In this document: piece after piece, positions 17,201 through 24,495 of the stretch
How positions within the stretch are numbered: position 1 is the first letter of the stretch
How the letters are laid out: each line of letters begins with the position of its first letter
Source: Flavobacteriales bacterium
GTDB lineage: Bacteria; Bacteroidota; Bacteroidia; Flavobacteriales_F; PHOS-HE28
Length of the DNA: 33,685 nt
Direction of reading: 5' to 3'
Assembly (NCBI GenBank): GCA_020854015.1
Contig: JADZGG010000287.1
Location: forward strand, 1-33,685
The notes under the pieces: model-generated
The model's database searches: none
What the model was told of the DNA's origin: nothing
The model's input: the letters and a program-made list of their open reading frames with translations, nothing else
Made by a program: the position numbers and the translations under genes

Positions 17201-17705
17201 CCAGTATGCTGATCCGGTCCGTGAGCCTTCCACTGAGCTCCAGATTCAGTGTGCTGTTCACCGACAGGTCCTGGTTGTTCCCTGCCAATACACCCCGTGA
17301 AATGCTGCCGCTCTTGTTCAGCCCACTGATGCCGAAGGGATCCTCAGCATTGCTTGAAGGCGAATACTTGAAGGGATCCGGTCTGTCACCGGAGAGTTTC
17401 GTGAGCTGGTCCGGGTCCTTGTGCCGATAGGTGCCGCTCAGCAAGAGGGGCAAGGCCCGCCACCGCGCGGTGAGCGTATCGGTCAACGCAGGGTCCTTGC
17501 GTACCAGCCAGGCGCCATAGGGGTCCAAGGAGTATGCGGAAGGCTCGACAGGAACGCTGTCGTTCCAAAGGGACAGGCTTCCGGGCGCCATGCTCAAGCT
17601 GTCCAACCGGATACTGTCGCCCGTGAAGATCACCCGGGCCACACGCAGGTTGCTTCCGGACTGGCAGAGCGCATGAAGGGCGACCAAGCCCATGGCAAGC
17701 GTCAT
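14265..17705 (-). CDS. Large (~1150 aa) putative outer-membrane beta-barrel protein of unknown function.
   Basis: Long ORF rich in alternating beta-strand-like segments. It ends ...GGAQVRAFF, the terminal aromatic typical of OM beta-barrels. Start chosen at the ATG at 17705 (MTLAMGLVALHALCQ, signal-like). An ATG at 17837 is the alternative. The ORF-track start at 18110 would overlap the divergent gene and its promoter. Confidence 0.7.
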   Translation of the reverse strand: MTLAMGLVALHALCQSGSNLRVARVIFTGDSIRLDSLSMAPGSLSLWNDSVPVEPSAYSLDPYGAWLVRKDPALTDTLTARWRALPLLLSGTYRHKDPDQLTKLSGDRPDPFKYSPSSNAEDPFGISGLNKSGSISRGVLAGNNQDLSVNSTLNLELSGRLTDRISILASITDNNIPIQVGGTTLELQDFDQVFIKLFDERQELVAGDFVLQRPNSHFLTYLKKAKGLSYGTKLGPVDKPIGQLGVSAAVSKGKFARNLIQGTEGVQGPYRLRGDAGESFIIVLSGTERVFIDGLQLSRGQENDYVIDYNTAEVTFTAKRLITKDRRIVVEFQYSEKNYVRSLVRASFDRSFAKTDVHFNLYTEQDHRNQPLQQELSPADRTVLTNAGDDPLAAATPGVDTVAYSANEVLYAKRDSLGYDPVYVYNTSPDSAFYRLTFTTVGTGNGDYVQDSFSPNGRVFRWVAPDTIDGNVVRRGDSAPLRILIAPRAQQVLALGAEHRFSTRTRASAEIALSNNDVNTFSSIGNNDNKAPAFRLGGVHQIPLSAKDSTWRMELTTENELLGRDFKYVERYRAVEFERNWNALGIALDGDQLLANVGVGVRSYRSGYARLTANTFQVRDRYSGWRERLECDLHMGRWDLVGEASLLSTTEPRRTQFLRHKGMLRHRTRDLTLGVKSEQEHNLFKATDSDSLQIGSYQFHDWELFVQSPDSFKTRVRLSGGQRHEKGLRNGSLSASTVATAYGATLDLTKDPRNRLSTTFTFRELRIVDSTITVAKPEETYLARVDYDLSLWKGAMNWDMFYEFGSGLEQRREYIYVQVPAGQGVYIWIDYNGNGIKELNEFEVANFGYEADHIRVFVQTNDYVRTFSNQLSTSLDIRPAAVWEETKGLRHFVAKLSDLASFRTDRKTGADDLGQAVNPFKLDPLDSALTAFNSSVRNTFYYDRSSRVWSVDHTYQNDRTKSLLQNGYESRTREGNTLRLRVNATRHWTLEVESERGRSTSNSDLIEGRNFSVDQESIRPRLTWQPGTRLRAVLTYKLTRKVNDIDLGGEQAELQDLGAELRFNAAGKGTIQLNGNLVGIAFDGTENSVIGNEMLGGLRAGTNITWSLGIQRRLSDHLQVDLTYNGRSSEGSPTVHVGGAQVRAFF

Positions 17706-17884
17706 CAGGGTACGGACCCCGAAGCGTGGCTTGGTGTTGGGCGGAGTGGTTTCGGCCACCGGAGGGTCGCGTCGCAAGGGCTTGAAAATTATCCCAATGC
17801 GGTCCAGTGTCCCGAAGATGTCCATCAAGAGCGCCATGTTCGTAACGCTGCAGGGGCGCTCCTGTTGCCCCCAAGGGTCCCGGA

Positions 17885-17892
17885 TACATTTG
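17885..17892 (+). promoter_or_regulatory. Candidate Bacteroidota -7 promoter box for the substrate-binding lipoprotein gene.
   Basis: TACATTTG is an exact TAnnTTTG match ending 11 nt before the ATG at 17904. GTTG at 17864..17867 lies 17 nt upstream as a possible -33 remnant. Confidence 0.4.
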
Positions 17893-17903
17893 GTCCGCTC
17901 CAC

Positions 17904-19619
17904 ATGCGCTCCTTTCTGCCTTCCGCTCTGGTCCTGTCTTTTCTGCTCTCGGCCTGTGGAGGGGCGGAGGTTCCCTCGGCGACCACAAGCAAGGGTGGCC
18001 GGCACTATGGGGGCATTTTCAATTGGAACGAGGCCGGGACCCTTCGGAGCCTCTTTCCACTGAGCTTGGCCACCACCGCGGAGTTCAGGGTGGCCGCGCT
18101 TGCCTTCCAAGGCCTGGTCCGATTCGATCCGAGCGACCTCTCTGTGAAGCCGTGCCTGGCCGAACGCTGGCAGATCGACCCGACCGGGACCGTATACACG
18201 TTCACGCTACGGAGCGATGTTCATTTTCACCCGGATTCCAGCGGCGCCCAAGAGGACCTTCGGCCCCTGCTCGCAGAGGATGTGGTGAACTGCTTCCGTC
18301 AGTTGTGCACTGCTGCGCCCGAAAACCAGATGTTCTGGTTGTTCCAAGGCCGTGTGAAGGGGGCCGACGAGTACTATGCGGCCTCCCTCCGCGGTGAGCG
18401 AGCGAAAGAGCTTCCGGGTGTCAGTGCGGTCGACGAACGAACAGTGAGGGTCGAGCTCGTTTCCCCAGAACCGCTTTTCCTACAAGTATTGGCCCACCAA
18501 GGCTGCTGGATCCATGGTGACCGTCCACGGGCTGCCAAACGTGTCACATCGCTCGCTCAAGGCACCGGGCCCTTCGTGCTGCGGAACACCGGAGGCGATG
18601 GACCCCTGGTCTTTGAACGCTTCAACCAATACTGGGAGAAGGACCAGTACGGCAATGCCCTGCCCTATCTGGACGGTGTACGGGTCACCTTCGACCATGA
18701 CAAGTCCCATGAGCTGGACGAGTTCCTTGCCGGCCACCTGTCCCTGATGGTGGACCCACCTGTCGAACGTTTGGGCGAATTGACCCCTCTTGCTCAAGGC
18801 ACGGTCGCTGCACCACCCTTCGTGATGCAACGCCTTCCCGGTCTTTCCGTACAGTTCTATGGATTCAACGCGTTGCACCCTCCGGTCGATGATGTGCGCG
18901 TAAGGCGTGCCTTCGCCTTGGCGATCGATCAAGGCTTCCTGGCCGACAGTGTGCTGAAAGGTGCGGCGGTCCGCTCGGATCACGGAGTGGTGCCCCCGGG
19001 CATGAACGACTACCCACAGGAGCTGGTGTCCGGTTTCTCATATGATCCGGATAGTGCGCGCAAGTTGATCGCCTTGGCGGGGTACCCCCATGGAAAGGGC
19101 TTTCCGACGGTGCGTATTCAGGTGAACAATGACGGCTTCGGGTACGGTCGTGTGGCGGAAGCCGTGCAGACCATGATCGAACGGAACCTTGGCATCGGCC
19201 TCCTCATCTCCGTCCTCCCGGTGGATCAACACTATGATCGGGTGGATCTCGGTCAGGCACAGCTCTGGCGCCAAGGTTGGTCCGCCGACTATCCGGATCC
19301 CGAGAACTTCCTGGCCTTGTTCTATGGCCGCAATGCCGTGCTGGACTCCACCCTGCCCAGCGCACTGAACACCACACGCTACCACAACGCCCGCTTCGAC
19401 TCTCTGTTCCTGGCCGCGCGCGCCGCTTCGGACCATGCCACACGCATGCGCTTGCTCGCGCAGGCGGAGGATCAGGCCATGGAAGATGTCACCGTTGCCC
19501 CCTTGTACTTCGAGCGCACAGTGCGGCTTCTCCAACCATGGGTGAAAGGCATGCCGGTCAATGCGATGGACCTGCGCTACTTGGAAGGCGTGTGGTTCGA
19601 ACCCGCAGAACGGAATTAG
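17904..19619 (+). CDS. ABC transporter substrate-binding protein, family 5 (peptide/nickel-type), lipoprotein.
   Basis: From the ATG at 17904 the N-terminus is MRSFLPSALVLSFLLSACGG (lipobox). The body (~570 aa) has the family-5 SBP look: W.ID..G..YTF.LR..V.FH, NQYW, Q.WR.GW.ADYPDPENFL. The upstream part of the 17421 ORF is antisense to the neighbouring gene. Confidence 0.8.
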   Translation: MRSFLPSALVLSFLLSACGGAEVPSATTSKGGRHYGGIFNWNEAGTLRSLFPLSLATTAEFRVAALAFQGLVRFDPSDLSVKPCLAERWQIDPTGTVYTFTLRSDVHFHPDSSGAQEDLRPLLAEDVVNCFRQLCTAAPENQMFWLFQGRVKGADEYYAASLRGERAKELPGVSAVDERTVRVELVSPEPLFLQVLAHQGCWIHGDRPRAAKRVTSLAQGTGPFVLRNTGGDGPLVFERFNQYWEKDQYGNALPYLDGVRVTFDHDKSHELDEFLAGHLSLMVDPPVERLGELTPLAQGTVAAPPFVMQRLPGLSVQFYGFNALHPPVDDVRVRRAFALAIDQGFLADSVLKGAAVRSDHGVVPPGMNDYPQELVSGFSYDPDSARKLIALAGYPHGKGFPTVRIQVNNDGFGYGRVAEAVQTMIERNLGIGLLISVLPVDQHYDRVDLGQAQLWRQGWSADYPDPENFLALFYGRNAVLDSTLPSALNTTRYHNARFDSLFLAARAASDHATRMRLLAQAEDQAMEDVTVAPLYFERTVRLLQPWVKGMPVNAMDLRYLEGVWFEPAERN

Positions 19620-20347
19620 CGGGACGAGCGCCACAGCTCTTGGTGTACGAGCTGTTTCACCAGAGGCATGAAGGTCTCAATGTGCGGAAGGCCGATGTCC
19701 GCCTCGAACACAAAGGTCGCCGGGTTCGGAAGCTGGTGTGCACGACGTACCAGGTCGGACTTGATATGCTCATAGGTATTGGCCAGGCTCACCTGGTACG
19801 AGTCCAGGTAACGGGTCCGGACACTGTGGTATTGGAGGTCAAGCGCCGAGCCGTGTAACAACGGGACCCGGTATTCATACACCCGTGCTTCACGCCCTTG
19901 GCGCAGCAACAAATAGCCTTCGTGTGTATGGATCGGCAGCAGGCCCACCGGGCTGAACTGGATGTGTGATGAAAGCGATCGGCGCAGCTCACGGCCTTCT
20001 TCAAGCCTGAGCATGAGCTCAGGTATGGCGAAATCGATCACGTCACGGACCACCTTCAGAAGCTCGCTCTCCTGGGCTTTGGCTCGGACAAGCTCGGCTC
20101 GTTCCAGATCCACTCCGATCACTCCGCCGATCAATGCTTCGTTCGTGCTCCGGAAATGCTCTTGTAGCTGCGCGAGTCGCTCTGCGTGCACCCACAGCTC
20201 ATCCAGGTGTGGATACAGTTTCCGCTCACTGAAACGGGCGTGGACCCGCTGCAAGTAGCCAAGTAGCACATATTGCTTCAGCTCCAGGTCGAAGCCAGGG
20301 GCCAGAAGCCAGTCCTGTTCAAGTCCGTGTTCGGCGGCTGTGGTCAT
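19616..20347 (-). CDS. Hypothetical protein (243 aa from the first ATG).
   Basis: Clean ORF with protein-like composition. The ORF-track start at 20356 is a TTG; the ATG at 20347 gives MTTAAEHGLEQDW.... Its TAA (19618..19616) overlaps the TAG of the convergent SBP gene. I recognise no family. Confidence 0.6.
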   Translation of the reverse strand: MTTAAEHGLEQDWLLAPGFDLELKQYVLLGYLQRVHARFSERKLYPHLDELWVHAERLAQLQEHFRSTNEALIGGVIGVDLERAELVRAKAQESELLKVVRDVIDFAIPELMLRLEEGRELRRSLSSHIQFSPVGLLPIHTHEGYLLLRQGREARVYEYRVPLLHGSALDLQYHSVRTRYLDSYQVSLANTYEHIKSDLVRRAHQLPNPATFVFEADIGLPHIETFMPLVKQLVHQELWRSSR

Positions 20348-20444
20348 CCTCACCAAGGAACGCAGTGTTCAAAAAAAGGTTGCGCGACCAAGGCTTCTAC
20401 CCTTCGACCACGGCACCTTTGATGCCAGAAAGACTCGTCCCATC

Positions 20445-21395
20445 ATGCCCTACGCCAAGGTCCTCGTTCAGATCCTCTTTTCCGCTCTCTTCTTGGTCGG
20501 TTGTGTTCCTGCTCGAAAATACGAAGAGTCGCAGGCGAAATTGGCGGAGATGAAGGCCAATGAGGCGAACGCATTGACCAGAGCGGAACAGGCCACTGCT
20601 TCACTTGCGGAGATCACTTCGCAAAAAGAGGCACTCGATGAGCAGTTGCGACAACTGCAAGCCGATACGGCAAGGTTGGGTAACGAGCACCGTGATTTCG
20701 TTCGCAAGTACGACAAGCTCAATGAACTCAACAACGAGCTGCTCGACAAGTACTCCAAGCTCATGGAAGGCGATCGGTCCGAGAACAGAAAGCTGCTGAC
20801 CGATCTGGAAACGGTGCGGTTGAACCTAATGGGAAAAGAGGATTCACTGGCAGGCCTGGGCCGTTCTCTTGCCGAGCGCGAAGCGAAGCTGGCGGAACTA
20901 CAAGCCGAACTTGCCAAGAAGGATCAGGCCATGAAAGGCATCAAGGAGCGAGTGAGCAAGGCGCTGGTCGGGTTTGAAGGAAAGGGTCTTACCGTACAAC
21001 AACGGGAAGGAAAGATCTACGTCAGTCTGGAGAACAAGCTCCTTTTCCCGAGCGGCAGCACGGTAGTGGACCAGCAGGGTCGCGATGCACTTCAGAAACT
21101 GGCGAAGGCCATCGAGAACGAGAAGGACCTGAACATTCTGGTGGAAGGCCACACGGATACCGACAAAGTGTTGCCCGGAGCCACTTACAAGGACAACTGG
21201 GACCTGAGCGTGATGCGGGCCACGAGCGTTGTACGCATCCTACAAGAGGGCACGAAATTGGATCCCAAGCGCGTGACCGCCGGCGGTCGCGGAGAGTACA
21301 TCCCCTTGGACCCGAGCGACAAGGCGAAGAACCGCCGCATCGAGATCATTCTGGCACCGGACCTGCGGGAGCTGTACGACCTCGTGAAGGACTGA
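20445..21395 (+). CDS. OmpA/MotB-family peptidoglycan-binding lipoprotein with a long N-terminal coiled coil.
   Basis: The ATG at 20445 gives MPYAKVLVQILFSALFLVGC (lipobox). It is followed by a ~190-aa coiled coil (KLAEMKANE...LAELQAELAKKDQ) and a C-terminal OmpA-like motif: LLFPSGS..V...G...L..LA........ILVEGHTD........NWDLSVMRATSVV..L.......R....GRGEY.P......K..NRRIEIIL. Confidence 0.85.
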   Translation: MPYAKVLVQILFSALFLVGCVPARKYEESQAKLAEMKANEANALTRAEQATASLAEITSQKEALDEQLRQLQADTARLGNEHRDFVRKYDKLNELNNELLDKYSKLMEGDRSENRKLLTDLETVRLNLMGKEDSLAGLGRSLAEREAKLAELQAELAKKDQAMKGIKERVSKALVGFEGKGLTVQQREGKIYVSLENKLLFPSGSTVVDQQGRDALQKLAKAIENEKDLNILVEGHTDTDKVLPGATYKDNWDLSVMRATSVVRILQEGTKLDPKRVTAGGRGEYIPLDPSDKAKNRRIEIILAPDLRELYDLVKD

Positions 21396-21403
21396 GCAGG
21401 CGC

Positions 21404-21808
21404 TCAGGACATGGAACGTTCGGCCAACTGTGCAGCCAGCCAGCTGCGCGCATCGGTGTCCATCAAGAACACGCTCGTACTGAACCGCTGAGGGAAATAG
21501 GCGAAGAAGAGCCCGGCCATGCGCTCGTTCAACGTGCTGCCCGCAGCTATGGCCAGCGCTTTCGTGCAACTCTCAAGTCCGCGACCGAGGTAATGGTCCC
21601 TTGTCATCACATCCAGATCGAAGTCCACTTCGGGTGGAAAGATGCCGAGGACTGCCGTGGAACCACCGGGGCACATGCGTTGACGTTCCTGAAGGATCTC
21701 GTCGAGTCCTTGCACATCGATCTTCTGGTCCGGCTTGAAGCGGACCTCCATCAGATCAGGGGATACTTGTTCCAGCGTGGCCAAGCGCGTTTCGATCAGC
21801 ATCTTCAT
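21404..21808 (-). CDS. Small hypothetical protein, possibly STAS/SpoIIAA-like (DUF3478-type) fold.
   Basis: Start taken at the ATG at 21808 (MKMLIETRLATLEQVSPDLMEVRFKP...) because an exact -7 box sits 19 nt upstream. The pattern 'xxEVRFKPdqkiD...ILQER...' followed by '...FxxxxxARSWL' resembles the STAS/SEC14-like family. The function call is weak. Confidence 0.5.
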   Translation of the reverse strand: MKMLIETRLATLEQVSPDLMEVRFKPDQKIDVQGLDEILQERQRMCPGGSTAVLGIFPPEVDFDLDVMTRDHYLGRGLESCTKALAIAAGSTLNERMAGLFFAYFPQRFSTSVFLMDTDARSWLAAQLAERSMS

Positions 21809-21826
21809 CGGAGAGAGGGGAGTTTG

Positions 21827-21834
21827 CAAAGTTA
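21827..21834 (-). promoter_or_regulatory. Candidate Bacteroidota -7 promoter box for the 21404..21808 gene.
   Basis: The minus strand reads TAACTTTG, an exact TAnnTTTG match, in a locally AT-richer spacer. A 14-bp perfect palindrome lies immediately upstream. Confidence 0.4.
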
Positions 21835-21991
21835 GACCGTATGCATGCATACAAGTCACCCTCCGGAACATGCACGTACGACAGATTACAGCGTAATGTG
21901 CTGAATATCAAGAATATGAAAGAAGTCTCCGACGTTCTTGAACACAATGCGAAGCGTTCGGTCCGGGGTGAACGGTTCGCTCGTGAGCCCT

Positions 21992-23341
21992 TCAGATCGT
22001 TCTGGAGAACACTGGTCCACCTCTTCCTTGCTGGCCCATCCTAGGATCGATCGCCATGCAAACGTTCCGCACACAAGGGTGCCCTTCGTCAGTGATACGG
22101 ACGTTCGTACCTTCCAGAATAACGATCCCATCGCTGGCCAATGCGGCCAGCTCCTGCTTCACCCGATCGCGGTCCCAGCCCAAACGTTTCAGGTCAGTTG
22201 TCGAGCGGCACATGAGGTCAAGGATCAGTTCGCGGACCACGAGGTCCTGCTCGGAAAGCACATGGCCACGGAAGATGGGTAGCTCGTTCCGGCCCAGACT
22301 GTTCAGGTAGTCCTCCACCACTTTCAAATTCTGAGCGTACGCGGTCCAAGCGTCGCTGATGGACGAAACGCCAAGTCCCAGGAGCAGCTCCGTTCGCACA
22401 GGGGTATAGCCCATGAAGTTGCGGTGCAGGGTGCCATTGCGCATGCTCGTGTGCAGCGCTTCTCCGGGTAAGGCGAAATGGTCCATTCCCACTTCCTCAT
22501 AACCCGCTTCTTCCAGCAAGGCTCGGCCTAATTCGTACAAGGCGCGTTTTTTCGCTTCGGCAGGCAGGTCCGCCTCCGTGTAACGACGTTGACCAGGCTT
22601 GATCCAAGGCACATGGGCATAGCTGTAGAAGGCGATCCTGTCGGGTCGTAAAGCCAAGGTGCGCCCCATCGTGAGCCGGATGCTCCGCTCTGTCTGCAAC
22701 GGTAGACCATATATCAGGTCCGCATTGATCGAGCCGTAACCGATCTGCCGGGCGTCGTCGAACACGCGCTGCACTTCCGCGAAGGGTTGCACACGGTTGA
22801 TGACCACTTGTACGCGCGGGTCGAAATCCTGGATGCCGATGCTTACGCGGCGGAAGCCAAGGTCATGCAGCGTGAGCAAATGCTCCTTGCTCGTACTTCG
22901 TGGATGACCCTCGAAACTGAGTTCCGCGTCGGGTGTAAGCTCACAGCCCTCCAGCAGCCCGTTGACCAGCCGAGCCAACTGTTGCGGTGAGAAGAAGGTC
23001 GGAGTTCCACCGCCCAAGTGCAGTTCACGAATGCGCGGAACCCCCTTGAACAGGTCCTTGTACAATCGCCATTCGTTGAGCACCGCGTTGATGTAGGGTC
23101 CCTCAACGCCATGGTTCACGGTGATGCGGGTGGTGCATCCGCAATAAGTGCAGAGACTATCGCAATACGGGAGGTGGATGTAAAGGCTGATGCCCTGTGC
23201 CGCATTGCTCCGATCGAACGCTACGGTGACATGATCTTCCCATGTGTTCCGGGAAGGCGCGTCGGTCCAATGGGGCACGGCCGGATAGCTTGTGTACCGG
23301 GGGCCGGGAACGTTGTATTTGCGGAGCAGGACCGGATCCAT
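21992..23341 (-). CDS. hemN: Oxygen-independent coproporphyrinogen III oxidase (radical SAM).
   Basis: 449 aa. N-terminal KYNVPGPRYTSYP, radical-SAM cluster motif YIHLPYCDSLCTYCGC, LHLGGGTPTF, then a HemN C-terminal domain. Confidence 0.9.
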   Translation of the reverse strand: MDPVLLRKYNVPGPRYTSYPAVPHWTDAPSRNTWEDHVTVAFDRSNAAQGISLYIHLPYCDSLCTYCGCTTRITVNHGVEGPYINAVLNEWRLYKDLFKGVPRIRELHLGGGTPTFFSPQQLARLVNGLLEGCELTPDAELSFEGHPRSTSKEHLLTLHDLGFRRVSIGIQDFDPRVQVVINRVQPFAEVQRVFDDARQIGYGSINADLIYGLPLQTERSIRLTMGRTLALRPDRIAFYSYAHVPWIKPGQRRYTEADLPAEAKKRALYELGRALLEEAGYEEVGMDHFALPGEALHTSMRNGTLHRNFMGYTPVRTELLLGLGVSSISDAWTAYAQNLKVVEDYLNSLGRNELPIFRGHVLSEQDLVVRELILDLMCRSTTDLKRLGWDRDRVKQELAALASDGIVILEGTNVRITDEGHPCVRNVCMAIDPRMGQQGRGGPVFSRTI

Positions 23342-23436
23342 TCCGCAAAACTCAGGTGCCCGGGTCCGCTACAGGATGATGCTCGTCAGGTGTTCCGTGC
23401 CGGATGTGACCTGTAGTTGAGCAACTTCGTTGCCGC

Positions 23437-24495
23437 ATGAAGGACCTTTTGGTGATCGCCCCGGGATTCCCGAAGGACGAGGCGGATGATGGTTGCATAC
23501 CACCTCTTCAGGCCTACGTCAAGGCATACCGGCTGCAATATCCGGGAGCGTTGGTCCGTGTGATCACCACACAGTACCCGTTCCACCGAAGGCCTTATAC
23601 CTGGAACGGGGTCCAGGTGCATCCCTGCGGCGGTGCGAACAAGCGATGGGCCAAACCGATCTCCTGGCATCGTGCATTTTCGATAGGTGCTCGACTTCAG
23701 CTCGAACGACCGTTCCATCGCGTGCACAGTTTCTGGCTCGGCGAATGTGCATGGATAGGCAGAAGACTGGCCCAGCGTTTCAATGCTGCACATGTGCTCA
23801 CGCTGATGGGTCAGGATGCCCGTGATGAACGCAATTGGTGGCGCTTGGTGAAAGGCGGTGGCACCCGTAACGCGGTCCTGAGCGAACGGCATGCGGAGGC
23901 CTTTACGACCATGACCGGTCGATCACCGGATGCTGTCATTCCTTGGGGGCTCGATCCCCTTGATGCTTCCACTGTTCCGATCCGCGACATCGATCTGCTT
24001 TTCGCCGGGTCATTGATCCCCGTGAAACGACCTGAGCTGTTCATCGAACTTGTTGCACGGATCGCGCAGCACCGACCCGTGAAAGCCGTGATGGCGGGTG
24101 CCCGGATACCTTCAGGCAATTCACATGTGGACCGACTTGTTCTGGAGGCAGGGCTGTCCGGAACCATTGATGTCCTCGGAGAGGTTTCGCGCACGGAAAT
24201 GCTCAAGCTGATGGCCCGCAGCCAGGTGCTGGTTCACCCTTCCCGCTACGAGGCTCAAGGCTACGTGTTCCTCGAGGCGCTGATGCAAGGCATGTGCATC
24301 GTGTCTTTTCCCGTTGGGATCGCATCACCCAGTGAGCGTTGGAGCGTGGTGCCTGATCCAGACGCCATGGTTTCAGCAGCGGAAGGGTTCCTTGCCCAGC
24401 CTGTTCCGCCCAGTTCATCGATCGGTATCACGATGGATGATACCCTGGCAGCGTACGACCGGATCTTCGATCAGCCACAATCGAGCAAGCCATGA
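23437..24495 (+). CDS. Glycosyltransferase, GT4-like (GT-B fold).
   Basis: 352 aa. The C-terminal half has VLVHPSRYEAQGYVFLEALMQGMCIVSFPVG, which contains the EX7E motif of retaining GT4 enzymes. Confidence 0.7.
   Translation: MKDLLVIAPGFPKDEADDGCIPPLQAYVKAYRLQYPGALVRVITTQYPFHRRPYTWNGVQVHPCGGANKRWAKPISWHRAFSIGARLQLERPFHRVHSFWLGECAWIGRRLAQRFNAAHVLTLMGQDARDERNWWRLVKGGGTRNAVLSERHAEAFTTMTGRSPDAVIPWGLDPLDASTVPIRDIDLLFAGSLIPVKRPELFIELVARIAQHRPVKAVMAGARIPSGNSHVDRLVLEAGLSGTIDVLGEVSRTEMLKLMARSQVLVHPSRYEAQGYVFLEALMQGMCIVSFPVGIASPSERWSVVPDPDAMVSAAEGFLAQPVPPSSSIGITMDDTLAAYDRIFDQPQSSKP

Noticed and set aside
17706-18110. N-terminal extension of the large outer-membrane protein ORF to 18110 (1281 aa).
   Set aside because: The extension would overlap the lipoprotein start and the exact -7 box of the divergent SBP gene. 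It is R/G/P/Q-rich with no signal peptide. A signal-like segment follows the ATG at 17705. The ATG at 17837 remains a possible alternative.
20340-20444. Upstream extensions of several ORF-track calls: 20340..20444, 21809..21871, 26647..26715, 26718..27041, 33571..33660, 12013..12042 and 17421..17903.
   Set aside because: In each case an internal ATG is immediately followed by a canonical signal peptide, a lipobox or a conserved N-terminus. The extension would overlap a neighbouring gene or promoter.
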